A stretch of DNA of 64,000 bases from assembly GCA_964594835.1 (NCBI GenBank), contig CAZQNA010000005.1, positions 1-64,000 on the forward strand. Direction: 5' to 3'. The stretch is from an uncultured Nitrososphaerota archaeon (GTDB lineage Archaea > Korarchaeota > Korarchaeia > Korarchaeales > Korarchaeaceae). The translations under genes were made by a program, and so were the position numbers. The notes under the pieces were generated by a model that worked only from the letters and a program-made list of their open reading frames with translations, was not told the origin of the DNA and searched no databases. Of this stretch, positions 18,068 to 28,948 are shown in pieces (the first letter of the stretch is position 1; every line of letters starts with the position of its first letter).

Positions 18068-18589
18068 TCAGGGGCCTGCGGGCGCCTCAAGGGTCTCGCT
18101 GACGACGAGGTGCCTGAGAGAAGATCCCCTCCTCACGTCTGCCCTGAGGTCCAGGGAGACGTCCCCCGGCCTGACTATCAGGAAGTCGACGGTCAGCCCG
18201 TCGAGTCCGGGGGAGCCTATGCCCGAGAGGTCGAAGTAGTAGGATCCCCTTGACTCATTCACGTTTAGATGTCCGTTCAGGGGTCTCATGGTCGAGAGGG
18301 CCAGCCAGCTGAGGTTTCCGGTGAGGTTCAGCCGGAGGCCCTCGACGAGGGACCCCTTCCCCGCCCTAACAACTATAGTTAACCTGCAGAGGTCCCCTTT
18401 CTCCCGCCTCATCCACAGCTCCACGGCCTCGCCTGTCTGGTAGGTCAGCCTGACCGCGCTTCCCCCTCTCACCCTCAGCCTCTCCTCTGTCGCGACGGCG
18501 GGGACCTCCTCCTTCGTCTTCGCAGAGTAGGCGACCGTGACAGCCAGCCCCACAACGAGCAGGAGGTAGGCCAGCTGGTATCGGTCCAT
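18068..18589 (-). CDS. Hypothetical membrane-anchored protein
   Basis: N-terminal TM helix followed by a beta-rich domain; ATG at 18589. Confidence 0.55.
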   Translation of the reverse strand: MDRYQLAYLLLVVGLAVTVAYSAKTKEEVPAVATEERLRVRGGSAVRLTYQTGEAVELWMRREKGDLCRLTIVVRAGKGSLVEGLRLNLTGNLSWLALSTMRPLNGHLNVNESRGSYYFDLSGIGSPGLDGLTVDFLIVRPGDVSLDLRADVRRGSSLRHLVVSETLEAPAGP

Positions 18590-18752
18590 CTTAGAGTTTA
18601 GGAAGGAGAGTGTGTTATTAACGCATGGGTCCCTCGGGCCGGCGGGGTCTCCCGGGGGCGACCGCCTGTCCGTTTCAACAAAAGTCTTAATTAGGATCGA
18701 CAGTTCGCCCGTTGGGGGCAACGACCCCTACGACCCCCAGTGGGGGATAGTA

Positions 18753-20579
18753 ATGGAGACGAAGACCCTAGTTGGTGTTTTCATCGTCCTCCTGATAGTG
18801 GTAGGAGGACTGGCCTATTTTGCCGGGAAGAAGGCTGCGCCTCCCGTCACCACCACCGCGCCTCCCGCGACGACCACAGCGCCGCCGACGACCACAGCGC
18901 CGCCGATGGAGGTGAAGAACCCTGACAAGCTCATAGTGGCCACCATCGGGGAGCCGGAGACCCTTGATCCGGCGTGGGCGTACGACACCGCAAGCGGCGA
19001 GATCATCTTCAACATCTACGAGACCCTGCTCTTCTTCGACAGGGATAAGGTAGACCAGTTCATCCCGGTGATAGCGGAGCAGGTTCCGTCGGTCGAGAAC
19101 GGTCTGATCAAGGACAACGGCATGACCATAGTCTTCCCGATCAGGTCGGGCATCAAGTTCCACTCCGGCAGGGAGCTCACCCCTGAGGATGTCGAGTACT
19201 CCATCGAGCGCGTTCTCGTCATGGACAGGGACGGCGGCCCGTCCTGGATGCTCCTCGACCCGCTTCTTGGCGTTGAGACCACCAGGGACGACGAGGGCAA
19301 TCTGGTGGTCACCTGGGAGCAGATCGATCACGCTGTCGAGGTGGATGGCAACAACGTAGTCCTTCACCTGACCAAGCCTTACCCGATAACGGTACTCTTC
19401 CAGATCCTGTCCCAGACCTGGAGCAGCATAGTGGATAAGCAGTGTGCCATCGAGCACGGAGCCTGGCCCGGGACCGCGGAGACCTGGCAGGACTACAACA
19501 ACCCTGAGGTGCCTCCGCTCCAGGAGGCCGACTGCGGCTCCGGTCCGTTCATGCTGGACAGGTGGGAGCACGGCAAGCAGGTCGTCCTGAAGAGGTTCGA
19601 TGACTACTGGAGGGGGCCCGCCAACTTCACTGAGTTCATCGTCATGAAGGTCGACGAGTGGGCGACTAGGAAGCTCATGTTCCTCAAGGGAGACGTCGAC
19701 ATGGCATACGTGCCCAGGCAGCACATGCAGGAGATCGAGGGGGCTGAGGGCATAAGGGTCGTCAAGAACTTGCCCGCCGTGTCCAACGCGGCCGTGTTCT
19801 TCACCTTCGAGGTCGACCCGAACAGCCCCTACATAGGGAGTGGACAGCTGGACGGCAACGGCATCCCGCCCGACTTCTTCTCGGACGTGAACCTGAGGAA
19901 GGCGTTCGCCCACTCCTTCGACTTTGACAAGTACATCGAGGAGGCCTGGTTTGGCGAGGCGGTGAGGACGCCCGGCCCAATCCCGCAGGGCCTGCTGGGC
20001 TACGATCCCAACCTGCCCATGTACGAGTTCGACCTGACCAAGGCCGAGCAGTACTTCAAGCAGGCTTGGAACGGACAGGTCTGGGAGAAGGGCTTCTACT
20101 TTGAGCTGCTCTACAACGTGGGCAATGTCCAGAGGAAGACCGCCGCTGAAATGATCAAGGAGAACGTGGAGAGCCTCAACCCGAAGTTCAAGATCTACGT
20201 CAGGGGCGTCGAGTGGCCAGAGTACCTCAAGGCCATGGTTAGGAAGCAGCTGCCCATGTTCATCATAGGCTGGCTCGCCGACTACCCTGACCCGTACAAC
20301 TTCGTCTTCCCATACATGCACTCCTCCGGAACCTTCGCCGCCTGGCAGGGCTACAGCAACCCGCACGTCGACGAGCTCGTTGAGGAGCTGATCACGACCT
20401 CGGACCAGAACAGGAGGATCGAGATCTGCAGGGAGCTGACCCAGATCTACTACGACGAGGTGCCCAGCTTCATCATTTACCAGCCTCTCGCCAGGCACTA
20501 CGAGAGGACCTGGGTCCACGGCTGGTACTACAACCCGATCTATCCGGGCGTCTACGCCTACCCGCTCTGGAAGGGCTGA
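18753..20579 (+). CDS. dppA: Peptide ABC transporter substrate-binding protein
   Basis: N-terminal anchor, Thr/Pro linker, PETLDPA, YETL, GSGPF and GWLADYPDP. Confidence 0.93.
   Translation: METKTLVGVFIVLLIVVGGLAYFAGKKAAPPVTTTAPPATTTAPPTTTAPPMEVKNPDKLIVATIGEPETLDPAWAYDTASGEIIFNIYETLLFFDRDKVDQFIPVIAEQVPSVENGLIKDNGMTIVFPIRSGIKFHSGRELTPEDVEYSIERVLVMDRDGGPSWMLLDPLLGVETTRDDEGNLVVTWEQIDHAVEVDGNNVVLHLTKPYPITVLFQILSQTWSSIVDKQCAIEHGAWPGTAETWQDYNNPEVPPLQEADCGSGPFMLDRWEHGKQVVLKRFDDYWRGPANFTEFIVMKVDEWATRKLMFLKGDVDMAYVPRQHMQEIEGAEGIRVVKNLPAVSNAAVFFTFEVDPNSPYIGSGQLDGNGIPPDFFSDVNLRKAFAHSFDFDKYIEEAWFGEAVRTPGPIPQGLLGYDPNLPMYEFDLTKAEQYFKQAWNGQVWEKGFYFELLYNVGNVQRKTAAEMIKENVESLNPKFKIYVRGVEWPEYLKAMVRKQLPMFIIGWLADYPDPYNFVFPYMHSSGTFAAWQGYSNPHVDELVEELITTSDQNRRIEICRELTQIYYDEVPSFIIYQPLARHYERTWVHGWYYNPIYPGVYAYPLWKG
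18869..18906 (+). repeat. 18-bp tandem repeat encoding TTTAPP linker
   Basis: GACGACCACAGCGCCGCC x2. Confidence 0.85.
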
Positions 20580-20580
20580 C

Positions 20581-20607
20581 CCTTCCACCCACCCCCCATC
20601 TTTTTTG
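20581..20607 (+). terminator. Putative archaeal T-tract terminator
   Basis: C-rich run followed by CTTTTTT directly after the dppA stop. Confidence 0.5.
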
Positions 20608-20771
20608 AGCCCTCGACATAGCCTGAAAGTACCCCGGTGGATGCGCCGCCCATTCACACTCGGGCCGGCGGCGCTTCCGGCCGGCGGACGGGCGGAGCTA
20701 ACTTTTGGGAACACTTTTTTACCATACCTGGGCCGGTGTCCTGCCTCGGGAGATCCGTCGGGTGAACCCGG

Positions 20772-21812
20772 ATGGGAGGTATGAGAACCTACATTATTAG
20801 GCGGCTCCTCTTGATAATCCCAACGCTACTTGGGGTTTCAATACTCGTGTTCTCCGTATCGATGGTGTTCTCGCCTGAGGAGAGGGCCGCGCTGTACGTC
20901 GGGGAAGGAGGGTTCAAGGCGGCCGCCAGGATCCAGGCGATAATAAAGAAGTACGGGCTAGACCGTCCGGTCTACGTCCAGTACTACAACTGGCTGAAGA
21001 ACGTTCTACAGGGGAATCTGGGCTGGTCCAAGTCCCTGAACATCCCCGTCGCCAGGGCCTTCACGGAGCTGTGGCCGGCATCGGTAGAGATAGCGATCTA
21101 CGCCGCCCCCCTCATCGTGATTACGGGCATCGTGCTGGGCAGGATCTCGGCCGTCCATAGGGACCGCTGGCCCGATCACCTGTCGCGGATATTCGCCATC
21201 GTGGGGTGGTCGCTCCCCACATTCTGGTCGGCCATAGTACTCCTCGCCGTATTCTACGGGGCTCTTGGGTGGTTTCCGCCCGGGAGGTTGAGCCCCGAGG
21301 CTCAGAGCATAGTCCACTCGGCCGAGTGGGTGAGCTACACCGGCCTCTACACCATAGACGCCATCCTCAACCGGAACCTCTTCGTCCTAGTCGATGCCCT
21401 CAGGCACCTCTTCCTCCCGGTGCTCAACTTGGTGATCGTGGGGAACGCGGGGATCATGCGGGTGATGAGGTCCAGCCTGCTGGAGGAGCTGCACAAGGAG
21501 TACGTGATGGCGGCCAGGACCAAGGGGGTGCCCGAGAAAGTTGTCATCAACAAGCACGCCATGAGGAACGCCATGATACCTGTGGTCACGATGGCTGGCG
21601 TCCTAGTCGCCGGCTTCCTCACGGGGCTCGTGATAACGGAGACGGTCTTCGAGTTTAAGGGCCTGGGCTACTGGGCCGCCCACGCCGCCACGCAGCTCGA
21701 CTTCCCGGCGGTCCTGGCCTTCGCCCTATTCTCGGGGATAGTATTCGTGGTCTCCAACCTGCTCGTCGACATCCTCTACGCCTACCTTGACCCGAGGATA
21801 AGGCTGGGGTGA
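20772..21812 (+). CDS. dppB: Peptide ABC transporter permease
   Basis: YIIRRLL, GLDRP, EYVMAARTKG (EAA loop) and LDPRIR. Confidence 0.93.
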   Translation: MGGMRTYIIRRLLLIIPTLLGVSILVFSVSMVFSPEERAALYVGEGGFKAAARIQAIIKKYGLDRPVYVQYYNWLKNVLQGNLGWSKSLNIPVARAFTELWPASVEIAIYAAPLIVITGIVLGRISAVHRDRWPDHLSRIFAIVGWSLPTFWSAIVLLAVFYGALGWFPPGRLSPEAQSIVHSAEWVSYTGLYTIDAILNRNLFVLVDALRHLFLPVLNLVIVGNAGIMRVMRSSLLEELHKEYVMAARTKGVPEKVVINKHAMRNAMIPVVTMAGVLVAGFLTGLVITETVFEFKGLGYWAAHAATQLDFPAVLAFALFSGIVFVVSNLLVDILYAYLDPRIRLG

Positions 21813-21817
21813 TCTGA

Positions 21818-22768
21818 GTGGCGGAGAAGATGAGAGGAGAGAAGGAAGAGCTCGCAAAGGTCCCCCTGAGGGAGAGGGCCTGGTTTAAGGAACTCATGTT
21901 CACCCTTAGGAGGATAAGAGAAAGCCCCCTCTCCCTCGCGGGGCTCGCCATCGTGGCGTTCTTTGCGGTCATAGCCATGTTCGCGCCCCTGATAGCCCCG
22001 CCCCAGCCGGGCAGGGACCCGTACGTCATGCCCCGTCACGGCTACCTGGCCACCCCCAAGCCCCCCAGCGACGAGTTCCCCTTCGGGACCGCCGAGGGGC
22101 AGTACGACATGTTCTACGGGTGTATCTGGGGTACGAGGACTGCATTCAAGGTCGGGCTCTTAGTCGTGGGCGGAGCTCTGGCCATCGGGGTCACGCTGGG
22201 AGCTCTCTCGGGCTACTTCGGTGGGATACTGGACGAGATAATCATGAGGATCACAGACATAATGTACGCCTTCCCCGGGCTCATCCTTGCCATGGCCTTC
22301 GTCACGGCCTTCGGCGTGGGCCTTGACAACGTCATCAAGGCGCTCATCCTCGTGGGGTGGCCCACCTACGCCCGGCTCACCAGGGCGGGAGTCCTCCAGG
22401 TGAGGCAGGAGGACTATGTCGAGGCGGCCAGGGCGATAGGCGCGTCGAACGCCAGGATACTGCTGAAGCACGTCCTGCCCAACAGCATCTACCCGGTCGT
22501 CATCGTCTCCACGCTGGACATAGGGTCGATGGTCCTCACCGCGGCCGCCCTGAGCTTCCTCGGCCTTGGCGCCCCAATTGGGTACGCGGACTGGGGTCAG
22601 CTGATAGCCATGTCCAGGAACTGGATCCTGGGAGAGGCCGGCAACCCGTTCGCCTACTGGCACACCTACACGATCCCGGGCGTGTTCATCTTCACGTTTG
22701 TCCTCGGCTGGAACCTGCTCGGCGACGCCTTCCGAGACATCCTCGATCCGACCCTCAGGAGGAGGTGA
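21818..22768 (+). CDS. dppC: Peptide ABC transporter permease
   Basis: YVEAARAIGA, LSFLGLG and GDAFRDILDP. Confidence 0.93.
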   Translation: MAEKMRGEKEELAKVPLRERAWFKELMFTLRRIRESPLSLAGLAIVAFFAVIAMFAPLIAPPQPGRDPYVMPRHGYLATPKPPSDEFPFGTAEGQYDMFYGCIWGTRTAFKVGLLVVGGALAIGVTLGALSGYFGGILDEIIMRITDIMYAFPGLILAMAFVTAFGVGLDNVIKALILVGWPTYARLTRAGVLQVRQEDYVEAARAIGASNARILLKHVLPNSIYPVVIVSTLDIGSMVLTAAALSFLGLGAPIGYADWGQLIAMSRNWILGEAGNPFAYWHTYTIPGVFIFTFVLGWNLLGDAFRDILDPTLRRR

Positions 22769-22770
22769 GA

Positions 22771-24027
22771 ATGCCGGATCAAGTATCGAGTCCCGATCCT
22801 GCCGCCCTTGAGGCAGTGGAGGGGAGGCCCGAGCTCACCACACCAGGCGAGCAGAGGGCCGTCCTGATGGAGGTCAGGGACCTCAAGGTCAGGTTCTACA
22901 CTTACGAGGGGGTCGTCAAGGCGATAGACGGCGTCGACCTGGACGTAATGGACGGCGAGACCCTCGGCATAGTGGGGGAGACGGGGAGCGGAAAGTCGGT
23001 CACAACCTACGCGATGATGAACCTCATCCCTCCGCCGGGCAGGATAGTGGCGGGCAGGGTCATCTACTACAAGGACGGCAGGCCCCTCGTCCTGACGGAG
23101 ATGGGTGAGGAGGACCTAAGGAGGCTCAGGGGGGCTGATATATCCAGGATCTTCCAGGAGCCCAAGGCGGCCCTGAACCCGGTATTCAAGGTGGGTGACC
23201 AGGTGGCGGAGGCCATCCTGATCCACAGGATGGGCGAGATGATCGAGAGGGCCATCGGGACGCTGGAGGAGGAGGCAGAGGCGGGAGGGCTGAGGGGGGC
23301 CCTTGCCAGGGCCAAGCTGGCCGTGATGAGGGCGGCCCAGGCCAACCCGTTGGGGTTGGCGCTGAGGGTCCTCCTGAGGATACCCCTGCTGAGGAGGCTC
23401 TACTGGTCTCCGGTGAGCGCAGAGGCCAGGAAGGAGGTCGTGAAGCTCCTGGGCCTCATGGGCATCCCCGACCCCGACAGGGTCTACGACATGTACCCGC
23501 ACGAGCTGAGCGGCGGGATGCAGCAGAGGATAGTGATAGCCACGGCCCTCTCCTGCAACCCCAGGATGCTCATAGCGGACGAGCCGACTACGAACCTGGA
23601 CGTCACGGTCGAGGCCCAGATACTCGAGCTCATGAAGGAGCTGAAGAAGGAGTTCGGCTCCACCCTCGTCTACATCACCCACGACATGGGGGTCATAGCG
23701 GAGGTCTCCGACAGGGTCGCCGTGATGTACGCCGGCAACATATGCGAGGTCGCTGACGTGTTCACCCTCTTCAGGGAGCCCCTGCATCCCTACACGAGGG
23801 GGCTGCTGGAGGCTATCCCCATGCCCGGGAGGGAGCTGAAGGCCATTCCGGGCACCGTCCCCAACCTGATCAACCCGCCGACGGGATGCAGGTTCCACCC
23901 GAGGTGCGCCCAAGCGATGCCCAAGTGCAGGGAGCACAAGCCCAAGCTCGTCGAGGTGAAGCCGGGCCACAGGGTGGCCTGCTTCCTCTACAGCGACGAG
24001 GTGGCGGACGAGGGGGGTGAGGAGTGA
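22771..24027 (+). CDS. dppD: Peptide ABC transporter ATPase with helical insertion
   Basis: [23 protein letters not shown] and GCRFHPRC; true start is the ATG at 22771 after GGAGGTGA. Confidence 0.93.
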   Translation: MPDQVSSPDPAALEAVEGRPELTTPGEQRAVLMEVRDLKVRFYTYEGVVKAIDGVDLDVMDGETLGIVGETGSGKSVTTYAMMNLIPPPGRIVAGRVIYYKDGRPLVLTEMGEEDLRRLRGADISRIFQEPKAALNPVFKVGDQVAEAILIHRMGEMIERAIGTLEEEAEAGGLRGALARAKLAVMRAAQANPLGLALRVLLRIPLLRRLYWSPVSAEARKEVVKLLGLMGIPDPDRVYDMYPHELSGGMQQRIVIATALSCNPRMLIADEPTTNLDVTVEAQILELMKELKKEFGSTLVYITHDMGVIAEVSDRVAVMYAGNICEVADVFTLFREPLHPYTRGLLEAIPMPGRELKAIPGTVPNLINPPTGCRFHPRCAQAMPKCREHKPKLVEVKPGHRVACFLYSDEVADEGGEE

Positions 24028-25124
24028 TGATAGCCAGGGAGTACGCGGACAGCTGGCTGGAGAAGACCGAGGGATCCCTGCTCAGGACCCTTGGGCTCAA
24101 GAAGCACTTCCCGGTCCTTGGAGGGATCCTGAAGAGACCAGTCGCGTGGGTCAGGGCCGTGGACGGCGTGGACATCTGGATAAAGAGGGGCGAGACCCTC
24201 GGGCTGGTGGGAGAGTCCGGCTGCGGCAAGACCACGCTTGGCAGGACGATAATCAGGCTCCTGGATCCGACCGACGGCCACATCTTCTACGACACCCCCG
24301 AGGACGTCATAAGGAGGATAATCGAGGCGGAGGAGCGTGGGGACAGGGACGAGCTGAAGAGGCTGAGGGAGCAGCACGACCTGGCCGCGATGAGGGGCAA
24401 GAGGCTGAAGGTGTACAGGAGAAAGATGCAGATAGTGTTCCAGAATCCCCTGACGGCCCTCAACCCCAGGATGATGGTCAAGGACATCGTCGCAGAGCCT
24501 CTGGTGGTCCAGGGCATAGCGAGGGGAGAGGCGGCCGTGCAGCGCGTCTTGGAGGCTCTCGAGGCGGTGGGCCTGGGGAAGGAGCACCTGAGGAGGTACC
24601 CGCACGAGTTCAGCGGGGGTCAGAGGCAGAGGATAGCGATAGCGAGGGCCCTCGTCCTCAGGCCAGAGTTCCTCGTCCTTGACGAGCCCACCTCAGCCGT
24701 GGATGTCTCTGTGAGGGCCAGGCTCCTGAAGCTTCTGAAGGAGCTTCAGCAGAGGTACGGCCTCACCTACCTCTTCATAAGCCACGACCTGTCTCAGGTT
24801 CAGGTGATAAGCGACAGGGTCGCCGTCATGTACCTCGGCAAGATAGTCGAGCTGGCCGACACCCAGAGGATATTCGAGAGGCCCCTCCACCCCTACACCC
24901 AGGCGCTCTTCTCCGCCAAGCCGGTCCCAGACCCGATCCTCGCCAGGGAGAAGAAGAGGATAGTCCTCAAGGGAGACGTGCCGAGCCCAGTGAATCCGCC
25001 GCCCGGCTGCAGGTTCCACCCGCGCTGCCCCAAGAGGTTCGAGCCCTGCGACAGGGAGGAGCCCCCCCTGGTGGAGATCGAGCCCGACCACTGGGTCGCG
25101 TGTCACCTGTACCCGACCGGCTGA
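24024..25124 (+). CDS. dppF: Peptide ABC transporter ATPase
   Basis: [22 protein letters not shown] and GCRFHPRC. Confidence 0.93.
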   Translation: MMIAREYADSWLEKTEGSLLRTLGLKKHFPVLGGILKRPVAWVRAVDGVDIWIKRGETLGLVGESGCGKTTLGRTIIRLLDPTDGHIFYDTPEDVIRRIIEAEERGDRDELKRLREQHDLAAMRGKRLKVYRRKMQIVFQNPLTALNPRMMVKDIVAEPLVVQGIARGEAAVQRVLEALEAVGLGKEHLRRYPHEFSGGQRQRIAIARALVLRPEFLVLDEPTSAVDVSVRARLLKLLKELQQRYGLTYLFISHDLSQVQVISDRVAVMYLGKIVELADTQRIFERPLHPYTQALFSAKPVPDPILAREKKRIVLKGDVPSPVNPPPGCRFHPRCPKRFEPCDREEPPLVEIEPDHWVACHLYPTG

Positions 25125-25188
25125 CGGGGTCCCACCCAAACTCTTTATTGACGCAGGGGGAGCTGGCAGGGGCTGAGAGGGGGTTTAG

Positions 25189-25758
25189 ATGGCCCGAGAG
25201 AAGGGTGGCAGGACCAGGCGGCTGATGGCCCTGGCCTTCATAGGGATAATGGCCTTCGGGTCCCTCGCCTACGGCCTGATCCTGCTCACCGGGGAGAGCT
25301 ATCCTGTCCCTCCCAGCGACGTCACCATCCAGCAGATCAGGTACACCTTCGACTGCCCCGGCAGGGCCGTGATAAACAGCGCCATGACTCTTGCGACGAC
25401 GCCCGAGGGTTTTCCGCTGGAGGGGGGCGAGGGGGTTCAGTTCCTAGCCGAGTACAGGTACCCGAGGGTGATGGTTATCATAGCCTTCATGAAGTTCGAC
25501 AGCAACGCCCGTGCCAGGCAGGTGGGCGAGCAGATCGCGGACTACGCCGCCAACTTCACCGCGAACTACACGAGGTGGGAGTGCGACGTAGGCGGCGACG
25601 AGGGTCACGCCAGATTCGAGTACCGCGGTCTTACCTGGGAGATGTGGTACTCGGGAGAATGGGTGATTGAGCTGATAGTGGGGGAGTCCGGGGGGGTGGG
25701 GAGGCGCATCGCGGAGGACATGAAGGCGTGCATAGCCGAGGTGTCCGCGAGGCCCTGA
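25189..25758 (+). CDS. Hypothetical membrane-anchored protein
   Basis: Basic N-terminus, TM helix and an alpha/beta domain; codon usage typical of the window. Confidence 0.6.
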   Translation: MAREKGGRTRRLMALAFIGIMAFGSLAYGLILLTGESYPVPPSDVTIQQIRYTFDCPGRAVINSAMTLATTPEGFPLEGGEGVQFLAEYRYPRVMVIIAFMKFDSNARARQVGEQIADYAANFTANYTRWECDVGGDEGHARFEYRGLTWEMWYSGEWVIELIVGESGGVGRRIAEDMKACIAEVSARP

Positions 25759-26034
25759 GCCGACCACGGTCGGAGGGCCGTTACAGTCCTCCTGTGAGCC
25801 TGACCGAGCCCCCTGATAGAACTATTTCGGGGAGGACTCTTCTCGAAGTTTACCCGCCCGCTTGAACCCTCGTGCCCCCTCCTCCGCTGGACTGAAACGA
25901 TCGGGTCGTCCGCTTGGTCTAATTAATTGGGTTAGGCTGACGACCTGGGGAAATAGCCTTTTTATTTGTGATCTTCAACAGTCATCATCAGCCCAGCCCG
26001 AAAGGCGGGGTGACATCCCCGGCCTAGAGGGGGT

Positions 26035-28755
26035 ATGCAGATGTGGGGTAGAAAGAGAGTAGGTATAACCGCACTTGCCATCGCCCTCACCGTGCTCCTG
26101 ATCCCGCTCGGGTTCATCTCTGCGCAGCCTCAGCAGAAGGGGCCTTTCCTCAACCAGGTCATAGTGGAGACGAGGGCCACTGGTGAGGTCGCGGTCGGCG
26201 ACGTCGCGGTCGGGGCTCTCGACGCGTACTTCAAGTCTCTCTCCTTGAACGTCTATGCTGGTCTCCCAGAGAGCTACAAGCAGAATCTTAAGCTTGTGCC
26301 CAACGCAGGAACCTACTACGACATAGACATCAACCCTGTCCACGATCCTGACAGCCCCTATCTAGTCACGGTCGAGGGCAAGCAGTACTTCAACCCGTTC
26401 GCCATTAGAAAGGTCAGGTTTGCCCTAAACTACATTGTAAACAGAAAGTATTTTGCCGATGAGATCTTGCAAGGCGGAGGTCTGCCGATGTTCTCGGCCA
26501 TTAAGGCCGTCAGCCCACTGAACAAATACTTCGAGGACGTTTACAGGGAACTCGGCCTCACACCAGAGGGTAACGAGCAGCTGGGCCTTCAGATGATTGA
26601 TGAGGCCCTCACTAAGGCTTCCGAGGAGCTCGGCGGGCGGCTCAAGAAGGTCCCGGACCCGAGGGCCCCTGCCGGATACTGGTGGACCTTCGACGGCGAG
26701 CCGGTCACGGTCAAGTTCTACATAAGAATTGAGGACGAGAGGCATGAGATGGGACTCTACCTTGCGGATCAGATTGAGAAGGCTGGAATCAAGGTCGACA
26801 GGATCGAGGCCAATTTCAGGAAGTGCGTCTGGACCGTATACCTCACCGACCCGAAGGACTACGAGTGGAACCTCTACACCGCCGGCTGGGGCGCCGGCAC
26901 TTACATAGCCTACGCCTCCGAGGAGTCCGCCTCTACCCAGTTTTACGCTCCGTGGTACGGCTGGATGCCAGGCATCCAAGTTGAGGGCTGGTGGCAGTAC
27001 GAGAACGAGACAATCGACGAGCTGTCAAAGGACATAATTCTCGGCAAGGTCGCCTCTAGGGACGAGTACTGGGAGAAGATGAAGCTGCTGGTCAAGATGG
27101 GGATTCAGGAGTCAGTAAGGGTCTTCACCGTCCAGAGCATCGAGTACTTCCCAGTTAACAAGAGGAGGACTACTCAGATCGGCTACGATGTGGTCACTGG
27201 ACTCTGGTCCTACTGGCCTTGGAGGACCGCCGACACCCAAGACCACACCTGGAGGATAGCCGTTGAGGCACAGCAGGCCCAGATGTTCACGAGCGTCTTT
27301 AACCCCGTTGAGGGGTTCGACGACGTCTACTCGATGTCTATCTACAGGGCCACGGTGGACCCGGGGGTGACCGGCCACCCGGCCGAGGGAGTGCCTATCG
27401 GCGTTAGGGTTAGTTGGGATCTTGAGACCGACTACGAGATAACTCCGGAGGGCGAGAGGGTCGGCAAGATCCCGGTGCCTGACACCGCGGTGATCTACGA
27501 CTCCAAGGAGGACAAGTGGGTTCCCGTCGGTCCGGGCAAGACCGCCGCCGCGAAGGTGACCTTCCACCTGAAGCTCGGAAACTGGCACCACGGGATCCCG
27601 ATGGACCTAAACGACATCAGGTACGCCGTCGCATTCGACTACGAGTGGTCCTCTGAGGACGAGCCCGGAGATCCGTTCTACAGAGACTACATTGAGAGCG
27701 ACATCGCGCCGGTGCTCGAGTCCATCAAGGGATTCGAGTTCATTGAGCCTGACACCGTTGTCGTCTACCACGACTACATTCACGTGGCCTCCGACGCGCT
27801 GACCGCCACCTACTATGTCCCGTGGGCGGCCCTGCCGTGGGAACTCATGGAAGCGGCCAGTTACGTCGTGGCCTACGGCGGACCGGTCAGCGGCAACCCC
27901 TACGACTGGGAGCAGACTGAGGGCAAGGAGTGGCTCGATCTCATAGCCCCGTCCCACGTCGAGGACGTCAAGGCTATGGTAGAGCAGCTGAGGATGGAGG
28001 GTCACGTCCCAGGCTCCGTAGTCGGAGTTACCTCCCTCGCAGCGGTCGAGAGGTACAACTCCGACCTCAAGTGGATCAAGCAGTACGGCGTCGCCTGGAT
28101 ATCCAACGGCCCGTTCATGCTGATCGAGTACGACCCGCAGGCAATGTACATGAAGCTGGTGGCCTTTAGGGACCCGACCTATCCGTTCGCCAAGGACTAT
28201 TGGTATTCCCAGTTCATTGTCGTCAGAGAGAGGGTCGAGTCCATCAGCGCCCCTGCCACGGTGACGGCCGGTGAGCCCTTCGACGTCACAATAAGCATAA
28301 CCGAGATCGGCGAGTTCCCAGAGACCTACGAGAAGCCAGCCGAGGAGGCCTACGTCCTAGTGAGGCTCAAGGATCCGACCGGCACCTCGATATTCGAGGG
28401 GACCGCCTCGCTCGTGACTCCGGGGACCTTCAAGATAACGGTACCGGGCAGCGTCACGGAGGGCAAGCCTGAGGGCTCTTACACGATCGAAGTCACCGCG
28501 TCCAAGACGGCGCAGGCCGCCGGTGAGGTCTCCACCCAGGAGATCATAGTCACCGCGCCCGCTCCGCCTCCGACCACGGCCGCTCCCACGACTCCGCCTC
28601 CGACCACGGCCGCTCCCACGACTCCGCCTCCGACCACGCCAGCGCCCACCGCCGCTCCCGCAGGGCCTAGCATGACCCTCATAATTGGCATCGTTGTCGT
28701 GATAGTGATCGTGGTGGCCGCCCTCCTCCTCATGAGGAAGAAGGGAGGCGAGTGA
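26035..28755 (+). CDS. oppA: Large archaeal oligopeptide-binding protein with Pro/Thr linker and C-terminal membrane anchor
   Basis: Signal peptide, FNPFAIRKVRFALN, ISNGPF, PT repeats and a C-terminal TM followed by RKK. Confidence 0.88.
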   Translation: MQMWGRKRVGITALAIALTVLLIPLGFISAQPQQKGPFLNQVIVETRATGEVAVGDVAVGALDAYFKSLSLNVYAGLPESYKQNLKLVPNAGTYYDIDINPVHDPDSPYLVTVEGKQYFNPFAIRKVRFALNYIVNRKYFADEILQGGGLPMFSAIKAVSPLNKYFEDVYRELGLTPEGNEQLGLQMIDEALTKASEELGGRLKKVPDPRAPAGYWWTFDGEPVTVKFYIRIEDERHEMGLYLADQIEKAGIKVDRIEANFRKCVWTVYLTDPKDYEWNLYTAGWGAGTYIAYASEESASTQFYAPWYGWMPGIQVEGWWQYENETIDELSKDIILGKVASRDEYWEKMKLLVKMGIQESVRVFTVQSIEYFPVNKRRTTQIGYDVVTGLWSYWPWRTADTQDHTWRIAVEAQQAQMFTSVFNPVEGFDDVYSMSIYRATVDPGVTGHPAEGVPIGVRVSWDLETDYEITPEGERVGKIPVPDTAVIYDSKEDKWVPVGPGKTAAAKVTFHLKLGNWHHGIPMDLNDIRYAVAFDYEWSSEDEPGDPFYRDYIESDIAPVLESIKGFEFIEPDTVVVYHDYIHVASDALTATYYVPWAALPWELMEAASYVVAYGGPVSGNPYDWEQTEGKEWLDLIAPSHVEDVKAMVEQLRMEGHVPGSVVGVTSLAAVERYNSDLKWIKQYGVAWISNGPFMLIEYDPQAMYMKLVAFRDPTYPFAKDYWYSQFIVVRERVESISAPATVTAGEPFDVTISITEIGEFPETYEKPAEEAYVLVRLKDPTGTSIFEGTASLVTPGTFKITVPGSVTEGKPEGSYTIEVTASKTAQAAGEVSTQEIIVTAPAPPPTTAAPTTPPPTTAAPTTPPPTTPAPTAAPAGPSMTLIIGIVVVIVIVVAALLLMRKKGGE
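28562..28638 (+). repeat. 30-bp tandem repeat (about 2.6 copies) encoding PPPTTAAPTT
   Basis: CTCCGCCTCCGACCACGGCCGCTCCCACGA x2 plus a partial copy. Confidence 0.92.
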
Positions 28756-28948
28756 CCTCCCCCACCCCATTTTTCTACCGTTCTCAGCGCCTAAAAGATC
28801 CCAATTCTACATTTCCGTCGTAGATTTCCGTGGATTGGTTTTGAGAGTTCATTTCTGTTGAGTTTCATGCCCTTCCGTGGCCCGCGCCTCCTTATGGTTT
28901 AATAATCATCTGGATAGCCGCCACCCTGATCGGCTGAGGTGGTGCTGG

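Noticed and set aside
18768-20714. 648-aa minus-strand ORF
   Set aside because: Antisense shadow of dppA caused by G/C-ending codon bias; no motifs.
22357-22770. Apparent N-terminal extension of DppD
   Set aside because: Overlaps dppC in another frame; a strong SD supports the ATG at 22771.
28562-28638. 30-bp repeats as a possible CRISPR array
   Set aside because: No spacers; in-frame coding repeats in a Pro/Thr linker; no cas genes.
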